From: Halocafeteria seosinensis
Lineage: Eukaryota
Assembly (NCBI GenBank): GCA_001687465.1
Contig: LVLI01000587.1
Coordinates: 1-64,000, forward strand
Length of the DNA stretch: 64,000 bases
Direction of reading: 5' to 3'
A program made the position numbers and the translations under genes. Below the pieces are notes generated by a model. That model was given only the letters and a program-made list of their open reading frames with translations. It had not been told where the DNA came from and searched no databases. Of the stretch, positions 35,394 through 47,415 are shown piece by piece; position 1 is the first letter of the stretch; each line of letters opens with the position of its first letter.

Positions 35394-37337
35394 ATTCCTG
35401 TGGCCTGTACTTTGAATACACGAAATGAAGGTGCGATATACAAAAGAGTTCCTCACTGAGTAAGATGGTACAGTACAGGAGGAACCAAACTGTTGGAGAA
35501 TCATCTTTTTTCTCGTCCTCTGGTGTTCATGTGCTCCACCGAATGGATTCAACTGCTGGAATTCCAGTTCGAAAATCGAAATGTCGACAATCGCTGCGGC
35601 CAGAATTGTACCACACCCCTCAAAATCTGGGAGCGCGGCCAAACTTGTGTGCAAGCTACTCACTAACCCATCCATCGAAAACAATACGTATCTCGTTCCT
35701 TTTTAAGTAAACAAGTGTGCGGACGTGCGAACGTGCGAACGTGCGGACCTCACATCTTGAGTCAGTCACCGATTCCGGGATTCACCGGTTTGTCACTGTC
35801 GTTAACTATTGAGAAACAACGGACGAGGACGCCTACTGCTCTGAAAGGTCAAAGAGGGACCACAAAACGCCGCCTTGTACAATTTGTATATTCTTAACTC
35901 AAGGTAGCGTTACCGCAGCAAAAGCAAGGTCACCTTCCAAGAGAAGCGATCAACTTACTCAGCTATACGGGGAGTTCTTGGCGAGGGCAGATGTCGTTTC
36001 CGGCCTTCTTGGCTAGGTGGTATACACGGGTTACGCTTTCGGGATTGTTTGAAAGCGTTCTGCCCAGCTACGCGACGAATCACACTCTTGAGATGGTACC
36101 GCTAAAGCTAGCATCGATATTCGATTGCGGAGTCTAAAGAGTACCGATATCACCTTTGTCTAAGTCGCTTATATGCTCGGGAACCACGGGAAGGCCACAA
36201 TGTCACTGAGCTAGGAGCGCGGAGTAGCGAAAACAGGCACCAACTGTTCCAGTAGACAATAACCTGGTATCCTTTATCAGCTGGCCGCTGTTTTGACGAC
36301 CTGTTAAGGTTAGCTGTCGGACACCATACACCAATTGCAACAGGATGTATCAAATAATGAAACTTGTACCGATAAGTGTTCTTCGCTCCAGTTTATCACA
36401 AGCTTTTTAAGGCATCAAGGTTTGCGATACGAGGCAACTTATGGACGGAGATCAGAGATACTGTATATGCAGTTCAACACAACCTGGAAACTTGAAGACG
36501 CTCTCCGCCTTTTGCTTGTGTTCGGGTTCTACAGGGAATCCAGGGATTCAGATTCGCCATTGAAGCTGCCCGAAAGGAGCAACGATCCAATGTCCCACGG
36601 AAATGTGCAAATTTCTAGCGCGAAGGAGGATCCTGCTGAATAAACCTACCATGGTGAGCATCACTCCACGAGCCGACGCTGCCCACGGCGATAAACTGCC
36701 CATGTTGATTTAGCCATGGGACGTAATCCCCGCATAGATGTGGTTTTAAGCTGCATGCACAAGCACGGCTCGGTGGCCCTCCACGGGTCCTCTATCCATG
36801 GAATAGCGATCTCTAACGGGCGGACGATCCGGTCGCGATCGGGGCGACCCGATCGGGTCGGCGGCCGAAATCGGGCAAGTCGCACTCATCATGAACTGGG
36901 ATTCTGTCAGCGTAAGAACAGTTCCGAATCTAGTTAGCATTGTCGGTCTAATTCAGGAAATACTAACGCTCTTACATGGGTCTTTGAGAAATCCGAAATA
37001 CGGAGGCAGAGAAAGGTAACTTTTGAAGACTTGAGCAAGCATCATGTCGAGCATGATGATATGTGTTGTTCTTAGAGAGCACGTATCGCAATCGCTGTTT
37101 GCCCTTGCAGATCTATCCAAAGAAGAGACCTCGAACAAAAGTTTCCCTTGTCACCCACAGACGCATATACGCTGCACCTCATTCAGTCAACGCTACTGCT
37201 TCGAAAACTAAAGGGCCCTTTTCTAAGATTGCGTCCTAACCCAGAACAGTCCGCGCAACGGTATTCTTTGCAAGCGAGAATATCTTGAGAGCTCGAAAAC
37301 CTGTTTCGCTTTTATTGCTCGTATACCAGTGGAAACG

Positions 37338-40300
37338 ATGAGCGATATCGTGCAAGGGAACCCGCTTGCCCATGTGAAAGGAGGAGAATCCAAGTCGCGG
37401 CAGCACAAGAACGGCTCAAGGATGACTTCAGGAACAGATACTATGTCTGTTGAAACAAAAAATCCTTTGCACAATCATAAAGAGCAGACCGAGCGAAACG
37501 TAAATTGTTTGCAATCCTCTACTCCTAGGTCAACCGGTTCCACAAGTAACGGATGTGTAGAAAAGACGAATCCGGTTCACGACGCTCCACAAAATGAAGA
37601 GCAGAAAGCAACTACACCGCGGTCCCGCATGGGAACAACAGACTCGTCTCAGCTTCCTGTACAAGGCGACGAACAGCCAACAACTACTACCGAGAAATCC
37701 CGCTCCTTCCCCACAGATAACGAGAGTGTGAAAACCAACTCGTTTCCCCCCGATGATGAGTTCACTGAGAAGGGGGAAAAACACCCTAGAACGAGTTCTC
37801 AACCTTCCACAAATGCCGAAAGCCCTTCTTCCACAGGCACAAGGAAAGCAGGTCCACGAGACTCACAATTGCGATATCATGCTTTGGAGGTGCGTGCTCC
37901 AAGCGCGTTTCCGGCGGCCCGAGGCTACATCCACGAAGGTCAGTACATTCACCATGCGGCATGTCTGCTGAAGCGTTTAGATGACCTCTTTACATGTGAG
38001 TATTTTTGCAGAATTTGAACGAGAAAAGGATTGGAGAAGTGGAAAGCCTTTAGGGAGCTCTTATGACAAGATGATTGACGATACGATCTTTCGAATACTG
38101 AGAGTGCTATTGCTATCTTCCCTTTGGCTAATTACTCTAGTAGGGCTTACTAGTAGTAAACTCGCTCTCTTTGCTCTTGGAGACAACTATCACCGTATCC
38201 TCTTCCATGAAGATCTTGCTGTTAAACGGGAAGGAGATGAATTGTGTAAACTTCGAGCTGCAAGTCAGTGGGCCCTAGTAGGACCCGCAATACTTCAGTT
38301 GATATTCGCCTCGGTTATGTGGCGTTGCACCCAGTCTCCTCATCGTGAAGAAAAGCGAAAGCAACGCGAAACTCACGAGTGGGCAGTAGCTCATGTTAGG
38401 GAGGAACAAATAAATACTCAAGCGTTATGGTGTGGTAAGCGACAGAAAATCGTGGAATTCAATTCCGCTAGCTTGTGCTAAGCACCATTCTCTTGCAGAT
38501 AGTTTTCGATGGCGTTTTGGCGGCATTCGGAAATGCATTCTTGCAACTTTGGATATTACCCCAGGAGAACTGGCTTTGGGTTTCATTGGGTATGATGTTG
38601 ATCCCCTTTTTCTCCAACGTAACGGGTGCTATATTTCGCCTTTGTGTTTCAAAGAAACACAAATTGTCGAGGACACACAAATCCTCGGTAAGTAGTTCCC
38701 GGAAGAAACGAGAAGCAGGTGATATCGTTTCTGTGTGCTGCCAGACAGCTGCGATAAGTTGCGCAGCTGCAGCGACAGTAGCTGCCAGTAATGGATCCGT
38801 GGATGGTAGATATTTGTTAATTCCTGCTACCCTGTTTGGGGGAATCAGTATTCTGCACACTCGCTGGAGAGATAATCGGAGTCCCCGTGCTGTTCATAAT
38901 GCGATTACCTTGGGCAGCCGTAAGAGAGCGCGATATCGGAGAGCAACTGTCAAGCTCACTGTGGAAGTTCTAATTACAATCCTTATATCAAGTTACGCCA
39001 AGGATCCACCATTCCGTGCAACAATAGCAGGAGGTGGCTGTTCCAGTTGGAGCATGTGGAATTTTCCGTTGCTTGTGCAGAATTCATATATGGTTTTGGC
39101 TGTCATTCACGTGCTCGGCTCCATCGTTGCCATTCAGATGATCAAGTTTGCGTGTGCGATTAAAATGAATCTAGTGGGAGTGGCCCTACCTTTAATACTA
39201 TTTTGGCCTTGTTTGCTGCTTTTTGCTTGGAAGACTGAGAACAGTTTCCAGCAGCCGTTTACTTGGGGTTCCCGCCAGTTCGATGCAGGAAATGAAGCTC
39301 TTGTTATTCTTTCGTTTGTGCTAGCATATATAGGGCATGTATGTATGGGAAAGCGTCATTCCGGTCTTGCGGCAGGTCTCTCGATTTTTTCTTATATTTG
39401 CAGCTCTGGAGGACGAAAGACGTTTGCTATGAAGAAAGTACCGCGGTTTGCCCCGACTGGGAGCTGTGGTACCAACCCGTGTTCAACACGCTCGTACTTG
39501 AAGGAAGCATCCTATATAATCGTGGAGACAAAGAGTCCAAAGAAAGTATGCGTCCTGATTACCAATCGGGGACAGTACCGAGTGCTGCCGGAAAGGACTC
39601 GAAGTCACCCTGTTCGCACAGTTCGCAAGAGGCTTCTCAAGTCGCCAATATTGCTGCATCATCGCTGCTTGTTGAACGACCTCCTCATCGAGTGGTTATG
39701 GCTACATGCATGTGGCATGAAAGTTACGTTGAGATGCAGCAATGGATAACTTCGATCGGAAGAGTTGCCCAGTGCGTAATTGGGAGTGCTAGCAGGTACG
39801 GGCATGTACTCACGTGTCCTTCAAGACACCTTTTAGTTAGCTATTCTATGATAATTCAATTGCAGATTTTACGTGTCGTCTACTGGAATCTACTCACGCG
39901 ACACTTATGAAGCGCACATAGTATTCGATTCGGCATTCGACAAGCGCACCAGTGCTCGCGGCGATCATTCACGCAGGGCAAACGAGCATGTTGAGAATCT
40001 GCTCAACGTTATTTCCAAGAATCTACAGCCGCTTCTCGAAGAGAGTATAAAAGCCTTAAAGGGTCTGTTGAATGAGAACTGGTATTCTCCCAACGATGCC
40101 AATGCTAGAGAAACCTCCGAAAATATTTCTACGAAACTTATTGCCAGCCAGGAGTTGACAGAATATGGCATTCGGCTTCATGCCAACTTGGTACCTGAAG
40201 CAGCTCAGAAGCGTATCGCCAAGCTAGTTGATAGAGCCATTAATCGTAGTAAGAAGCCAGACAGACCCGTCTCTGAAGCTTTGGAGAAGAGCTTACGGAA

Positions 40301-43139
40301 CTTATGCATGGACCTGTATATTCATCTCAAGGTAAGCGTTCTATATATTGACTGAAAAGGCTCCCACCACTGTATCGCTGAGGCCCGCAGGACCCGGTTC
40401 TAACCTTGAATGGAAAAAGAAGAAATCAAATTTTGTACATGAATTACATTTTAGGGGAGTTGGAAGCTCGGAAAGATTCGGCACATGATATTTCTAGAAC
40501 CCTGCTAATGACAACAGATGGAGATACGTCGTTTGAATTCAAGGACGTTGATGCTCTGGTAAATTCCCTTGTACGTGTACTTGCTTTGCTCAGCATGCGG
40601 CATTTCGAGACACGAAAACAAAGCTGCATATATTGGTGTTGAAATGCAGGTACGCGATAAAGAAGCTGGGGGAGCATGCGGACGGATCTTACCCATAGGA
40701 GTCGGCTACATGACTCCGTACCAAAAATTTGAGTATGCATCCGGACACTGGTTTCAGAAAGCAACAGAAGACATCCTAGGAACTGTCCAGTGCTGTCCAG
40801 GCTGTTTTAGTATTTGGCGAATGGATAGAATACAGGATATCCTACAGTATTACTCCTCTGCTAGTCAAACTGGGTCTGAATTTCTGCGGAAAGATCAAGG
40901 AGAAGATCGCTGGATGTGCAGCTTGATGATTCGTCGTGGTTGGTGGCTAAGATACTGTGCGGCAGCCGAAGCATATACTTTCGCTCCTGAAGACTTTGAC
41001 CAATTCTTTGAGCAACGGCGTAGATGGCTCACGTCAACTCTCGCGAATATGTGGGATTTGGTCCTTGTTGGACGTTTTGTCAATTCGTCATATGGTCGTA
41101 ACGGAATGCCTCTTCTGTACAGACTTTATGTTTTGGCATTTTTCGCTCTCGGTCTGTTCATGCCTGCCACAGTAATCCTTCTGACCATCGGAGGTTTGCA
41201 GTTACAAAACGAAAATGACGTGGTGGGGGTTCTAATTGCTGTTGTATTGCCACTGCTTTTTATCGGCCTCCTGATATGGCAAGAGTTCCGTATTCAGAAC
41301 CCTCATATCACGATGTTGTCTCTTGTGTGCTGCTCATGGAGGAGGCTAAATACGCAATCTAATCCCGCACCAGTACCACTGGAAGCGTTCAGAAAGCAGC
41401 AGCTGCGTCTGGCCAAAACCTTAACCATCGTTTACTCTGCATTAATGGTCGCGGTGTTTGTGGGACTAGTTCAGAACGCTATGCACCACCCGTCTAACCC
41501 CGCAAATGTATTCTTTCTTGCTGTGGTTGCGCTTTTCTCGATGACTCTGCTACTCCATCCTCGAGACATCAAGCTTAGCTTGTATGGCTTGGTATATTTT
41601 CTCCTCGTTCCTATGGGATATTTGGTGTTGTATATGTACTCACTCGCTAACATGAACGTGCAAAGCTGGGGCATCCGCGGCGAAGAACCAGAACCTAATA
41701 CGGATACTAGGTATCAACTCGTAGAGGATCCAATTGCAACAGATATACTGCTTCGCAAGGAGATATTGGAAGATACATTAAAAAAGAGTGGACGACTCAA
41801 GTATACACCAGAGGATGTGAACACTACAATAGCAGCATCTCTAGAGAGGTTCTTCCTGCATTTCTATTGGAGAAAGGATAGCACCGAACAGCCAGAGCCC
41901 AAGTCTATAAGTTTCTGGGTCGCAGGCAGCCCCTGGGATCATCCAAAGGTGCGTAAGCTGCAGGAATTGGCAAGAAAACTAAGCACGACTGTCAAGCGAG
42001 ATATCGCCGATCGAAAAGACGCGCCAATTACAGACACATTAAGGGAGTACGAGAAGGAGTTGGACCCTGTGAACAGAGTACCGGAAGAAAACCAGTACTC
42101 TAAATGGAAGCATGTTAACCTTGCGGCAAAACTGGTGGATGCGCGAGTGCGACGGTTCATCAGGGAAGTGAAACAGAATCTGGAAGACTACCCTACGGGA
42201 GTGAAGCGTAAACGAGTAATCGAAACCAACTGTGATGAGTTGAGGCAATGGATTGGCACCGCCAATGAAGCACAGGAACAAGTTTTATTTTACAAGTTTT
42301 TGACAAACGGGGAGGCGACGGGTGATACACAAACGCTTCCTCCTATCGAGAATTACATCGACGACGACTATGACCAAGAGCTGAAGACGTTTAGACACAA
42401 ACTGCAGCTTTTTCGAAACGAGGGGGAAATGAGATTTTCCGGGACTAACTCAGAGTGTATGATATTGGTGAATAAGAGCATATACTACCGTTCTTCCGCG
42501 AACGTATGTAAGGGGATCGTCTGCGATGGCTGGAGACCGCGTGCAATCTTCGTGTTCTCCTGGAACTATTTCTGGTTATTGAAGCAGGTTTTTATACTCC
42601 GACGGGAAGTCTTGGCTAGCCAGCAAGGTTATGGACAAAATATCAAGGACTTTGTACTGCTTTCCTATGGATACAACAGTTGTGACGACTATACTCAGGA
42701 AGAAGATAAATGTTTGCCGAAGACTGCTGAAACTGCAAATCCTGTTCGACGTTTCAAGCAGAAAAATGCATTAACGAAGCCTTCCAAGAGTAAGGAGGCT
42801 ATCAAAAGCGATATTACTAAGGACTTGAATAACCTTCGCAACAAAATCGGTATTGGGCTGTTACTGCTCAATGGCTTCTTCCTTGTTACTATACTTATCA
42901 TAGACCTTGTACCAGAGATTCACGTTCGAGGGTCAAACGCAGCTGGATTTGTTTTTCTGGTGATATGTGCGACAGTTATGCTTGTACAATTGATCTGTAT
43001 GATCGCTCATAGATGGGAAACTTTCCAAATTTTAGCATCTCTTCCGTTGGTGGGAGAGAGAGCTTTGTACAGTAAAATTGTTCAGTTCAATACGGAAAAA
43101 GACTATGGTATAGGAACAAATAAGGAGCATTCCCCATAG
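37338..43139 (+). CDS. Chitin synthase, metazoan/arthropod-like (division-2) type with an N-terminal multi-TM region
   Basis: Motifs ATCMWHES, EAHIVFDSAF, HLKD...GKRRNQILYMNYILG, TDGD, GGACGRILP, QKFEYASGHWFQKATEDILGTVQCCPGCFS, DQGEDRW, QRRRW and SWG across spliced exons. Exon boundaries at 38434-38720 are ambiguous. Confidence 0.9.
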
Positions 43140-43813
43140 TATATGTGTCCAATACCACTTTGCAAGCGCTTAGGCATTACTCAGGTGACTATCTAGGAAC
43201 GCGCACACTAGTTCAGGCGAAATCACCACTTCGACTGAGTACTTGGCTAACAACGAGGGAAACCGGGATCAAAATTGCACACGGTCACGTACAGTAGTAT
43301 ATCGCAAACAGTAATTATGTGACAGAAGGCGCCATACATTCCCCCTTATGTTCCCATTAAATCCATAGAACTACAGAGAATAGCCTGGAACCTGGTTTAT
43401 AGTATATACCCTGTACTGGGGAGTAGCACTTCTCGAATACCAGGTGACACACCGGGTATTTTTTGCTTAAATAACTCCTAATGCTGGATCGACTTCGGGA
43501 AGATTTAACGCTTTGCTGTCCAGTGCCGCACATAGATTAGGACCTACCAGTAGGATTGAGTAGGATCAATACTAATACACTCATTAACTTGGTGATAGCT
43601 CGAATTTGGCAACGTCTTAGCCGTTTTTCCCGACAATCTTTCTGTGCAGATCTGTTACCTTTGGCATTGCAAATTGGCAACGAAGACACACACACACCGT
43701 GACACACGCAAGACAGTGTCTATTTCGACACTGTTTGGCTTGGTTTGTATCGACACGACATTGTTGGAAACTATGGCTAGAGCCTTTTCTTGGCGGCAAA
43801 ACAGACAACAGAC

Positions 43814-46800
43814 ATGCACTCCACATCGACCAAGAGGACTGTGACTGTGACTGTGAACAACCCTTCTATATTCCTGCTCTTCTGGAAGCTGGTATGGCTT
43901 TCAAGACAGTCCTTGTGCTCTGACTTGAGAGAACCCATCATGGATGGATCAATACAGTGCTTCGAATACAATGCTAGGCAAAATGTATTTCAGCAGACTT
44001 GCGATTATGACGTGAAGGAAGGGGACTTCATCTCACTCCAAGCAAACGAAGTTTTTGACGGAAACAATCACGAGATGAATTTGGGAGAAATGACTGACTT
44101 TGAGGGAATGTTCACCACCAACCATAGGACGGTGCTGTCGTTTGAAGACTCTCCTTTGATACGGCATGTGCATATTATAGGAGGTAGCACGAGTGAGAAA
44201 GGAGGATTTATTGTACAAAGCGAACAATACTTCTTCAAGGTGCACAGCTGTAGCTCGTCAGGAACGATTCGAGGTGGCAGTGCTGGTAACAACGTCGGTG
44301 GGGGTGGGATCTGCGGATATTTGTGTGGCGCCGATGGACAATTTGCAATCTCCCATTCTTTCACCTCCGGAGCTATCAGAGGCGAAGGCTCGGGAGGAAT
44401 CGCGGGACAAACTATTGGCGCATTAGAAGGAGTCGTCAATATTAGTGATTGCTATTCTACCGGTGAAATTATGGGAGAGTTTTCTGGAGGAATATGCGCC
44501 TCATTGGCAAGTGGTCTAGATGGTGTAGTCTATATCGAGCGGTCCTATCACACAGGAGGTACTGTTTCTGGTAACCAGGCGGGGGGGATCCTGGGTAACT
44601 CTGGAGCTACATCAGGGGGATTCGTTTATATATCTGAATGCTATACCACCAGCGACATCGTCGGAAAGTTTTCTGGTGGAATTGTTGGAGCGTTTGCAGG
44701 CAGCAAAGGAGGGCGCGTCGAAATTGTTAATTCGTATTGCCAAGGTGACATCACGGGGATCGCCTCAGGAGGAATTTGTGGTTTACATGCAGGCCACGAC
44801 AACGGAACGGTGATCGTTAAAAATTGTTACACAAGTGGGAAAACAGATGGTGCTTCAAGTGGGGCAATAATCGCTTCTATTGGAACCTCTGGAGAGGATG
44901 CCCTACTGATCAGTGTTACACATTCTATGCACGATGCGTCTCCACTTGTGGGACCAAATGCATATTACAAGAAGTTCATTGAGGAAGCAAACAACAACAG
45001 AATTGAAGCCAGTCTACCTGAAGGATGGTCAAGTACTGTATGGCGGATCAACGGCTCACTTCCCAGTTTGCGTTTCCAGGACGATCCCAAGCCTTCTGTC
45101 ACACCTACCTTTACTGCCAAACCAACGCTCAGCTCAAGTAATAGTCCCAGTGGCTCTGCTTCAAAAACATCGACGCCAACATTGAGTAGGACTAGTACCT
45201 CTACCCAAACATCATCGATATCCGCGACGCCAAGCACCACACCCAGCAGCTTACCAACTCACTCAGCAACATCTACCGGCGGTGTAACACTGTCGCTGAC
45301 TCCCAGTAGCAGCTTCTCCGGAACTGCCACAAATACTGCCTCTCCTTCATCGACACGTGCGTCCTCTGCAACAAGAACAGCGACTCCTTCCACAACATCT
45401 TCGTACAGTGCTACTACTACGGGTTCTGTGACACCGAGTAGTACTGTTTCTCCAGTCCGTACACTGCCCTCTGCAACAAGATCAGCGACTCCTTCCACAA
45501 CATCTTCGTACAGTGCTACTGCTACGAGTTCTGTGACACCGAGTAGTACTGTTTCTCCAGTCCGTACACTGCCCTCTGCAACAAGAACAGCGACTCCTTC
45601 CACAACATCTTCGTACAGTGCTACTGCTACGAGTTCTGTGACACCGAGTAGTACTGTTTCTTCAGCCCGTCCACTGTACACTGCAACACGAACAACGACT
45701 CCTTCCACAACATCTTCGTACAGTGCTACTGCTACGAGCTCTGTGACCCCGAGTAATACTGTTTCTCCGTCCCGTACACTGTCCGGTTCCCCAACTCGAA
45801 CGCTCACCGCAGCCGCGACGCCAAGTGGTTCAGCTACTGATTCACCAACAACCGCAACGCCAACTGGTTCAGCTACTGATTCGCCAACAACTGCCTCCAG
45901 TGCTACTGCCACAGCTTCTTTTTCGCCCAGTAACACTTTCTCCTCAACGTCTACTTTTGCTGGTTCCGTTTTCTCTACAGGAACTCCCACTGTAAGTACG
46001 AGACTCAGAGGCTCTCCCACTGCTTTTTCCACAAATTTTCCGGCTATTATCAGCACTTTCCCCCGAATTACCGTATTCACTGGTTCCTCCACGTCCACAA
46101 GGACTTCAACACCTGCTACTTCACCCAGTGGCTCACCTATTGATTCCAGTGTCAGGGCTACAGCTTCTGCAACATTTCGTAGTTCCTTCGTGGCTTCTTC
46201 AACATTTTCTTCCACTCACTGCACTGATTTCTCTACGTCTCAAAGACCGGATACATCAGCTATTGGTCCGAATATCCCCCGTGTTGATTCCAGCGTCGGT
46301 GCTATCGCTTCTGCAACCCGAGACAGCATTTTTATCCTAACATGTACAGTGACTACTTCGACTTCCCCTACACGAATGCGTATTACAAGTACGACATTCA
46401 GTGTTTCTCTTACGGACTCTCCCATATCTTTTTCCAGTGCCACTGTCACAAACTCTCCGGCGCCCTCTGTTATTTACTCCTCAACAAGTTTGCTATCCGA
46501 TTTGCCTGCCTCGATGGCAATTTCCACCTGCAGTACTAACGCAACACTTGGACCATCGCCCACAGTCCCTGCTACGAAATCACTCCGTAAAACGGTTTTA
46601 CGGAGTGAGCACACTGCGATTCGTACCTCCAGCTTAGGGTTCGAGAATCCCACATGGACTGAATCAACTCTCCCTCGGAATGGCACTTCCTCACCCGCAA
46701 AAGTTCGAGCTCCAAACGAAACTCCTTCCAGCTTCGCATGCTGCGCAGGGAGCCCGTCTAAGCCCACATTGACCTTTCAGGTGACAGAAAACTATACAGT

Positions 46801-46909
46801 TGCTCAGGCCGAAACAAAGTTTACGGTGACAGTGTGTCAAAGGGCTGCACTAACTGCTCGCACACGCAGACTCATTTTACCGATTCGCAAGTGTAGATGG
46901 CACAAGTAA
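43814..46909 (+). CDS. Secreted GLUG-like Gly-rich repeat protein with a long mucin-like Ser/Thr stalk
   Basis: A hydrophobic leader is followed by DLRE...CFEYN...C and about 8 (C/S)YS.G.I.G...GGI repeats, then roughly 600 aa that are S/T-rich. Intronless and open; paralog of the 14308 and 47416 copies. Confidence 0.82.
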   Translation: MHSTSTKRTVTVTVNNPSIFLLFWKLVWLSRQSLCSDLREPIMDGSIQCFEYNARQNVFQQTCDYDVKEGDFISLQANEVFDGNNHEMNLGEMTDFEGMFTTNHRTVLSFEDSPLIRHVHIIGGSTSEKGGFIVQSEQYFFKVHSCSSSGTIRGGSAGNNVGGGGICGYLCGADGQFAISHSFTSGAIRGEGSGGIAGQTIGALEGVVNISDCYSTGEIMGEFSGGICASLASGLDGVVYIERSYHTGGTVSGNQAGGILGNSGATSGGFVYISECYTTSDIVGKFSGGIVGAFAGSKGGRVEIVNSYCQGDITGIASGGICGLHAGHDNGTVIVKNCYTSGKTDGASSGAIIASIGTSGEDALLISVTHSMHDASPLVGPNAYYKKFIEEANNNRIEASLPEGWSSTVWRINGSLPSLRFQDDPKPSVTPTFTAKPTLSSSNSPSGSASKTSTPTLSRTSTSTQTSSISATPSTTPSSLPTHSATSTGGVTLSLTPSSSFSGTATNTASPSSTRASSATRTATPSTTSSYSATTTGSVTPSSTVSPVRTLPSATRSATPSTTSSYSATATSSVTPSSTVSPVRTLPSATRTATPSTTSSYSATATSSVTPSSTVSSARPLYTATRTTTPSTTSSYSATATSSVTPSNTVSPSRTLSGSPTRTLTAAATPSGSATDSPTTATPTGSATDSPTTASSATATASFSPSNTFSSTSTFAGSVFSTGTPTVSTRLRGSPTAFSTNFPAIISTFPRITVFTGSSTSTRTSTPATSPSGSPIDSSVRATASATFRSSFVASSTFSSTHCTDFSTSQRPDTSAIGPNIPRVDSSVGAIASATRDSIFILTCTVTTSTSPTRMRITSTTFSVSLTDSPISFSSATVTNSPAPSVIYSSTSLLSDLPASMAISTCSTNATLGPSPTVPATKSLRKTVLRSEHTAIRTSSLGFENPTWTESTLPRNGTSSPAKVRAPNETPSSFACCAGSPSKPTLTFQVTENYTVAQAETKFTVTVCQRAALTARTRRLILPIRKCRWHK
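45363..45782 (+). repeat. Coding tandem repeat, 4 x 105 bp (35 aa SATRTATPSTTSSYSAT.T.SVTPSSTVSPVRTLP)
   Basis: Unit starts at 45363, 45468, 45573 and 45678, nearly identical at the DNA level. Confidence 0.95.
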
Positions 46910-47415
46910 GGTGTCGAAGAAGGTGTTGATAACCGATTGAGCAGAACAACAGGTCAATAACGTACTTACGACGCTCAGATGTGTATGTGCAATACTGTAT
47001 ATGTTGCTCCTAACGGAAGAAATTCCCGGAATCAGCCAACAGCGGAAGTTGCGATGTTCTGAGTACTACCGTTATGCGGAGATCACGAACCTTCTAAACA
47101 TTGAGATTGCATAATAAAAGTTAAGATATGGTGGACAGACGTAAATGAGGCACTGCAGAGATACAGTAGCCTGCCGGAAGGCCCTACTGAGTTTTTGCCG
47201 TTAGGATCTGAACACCGTCACAGCGGTAGCGGTTGAGATTACAGGTTGGGCAGGTGGTGACCACCGGGAGAGATGCAATTAGGGGATCCGTGCTCTGTTG
47301 GCTTAAACTACGAAGTAATTTTCCCCTGCTTATGGCAACAGTTCAGAATACTCATGTTACCTGCTAAATTCTCAGGATGCGGGCCGTCTTGCGGATGCTC
47401 CCCACATGGGCACGC

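Noticed and set aside
44965..46767. Long Val/Glu/Gly-rich antisense ORFs (e.g. 45259-46215)
   Set aside because: Mirror of the Ser/Thr codons in the mucin stalk.
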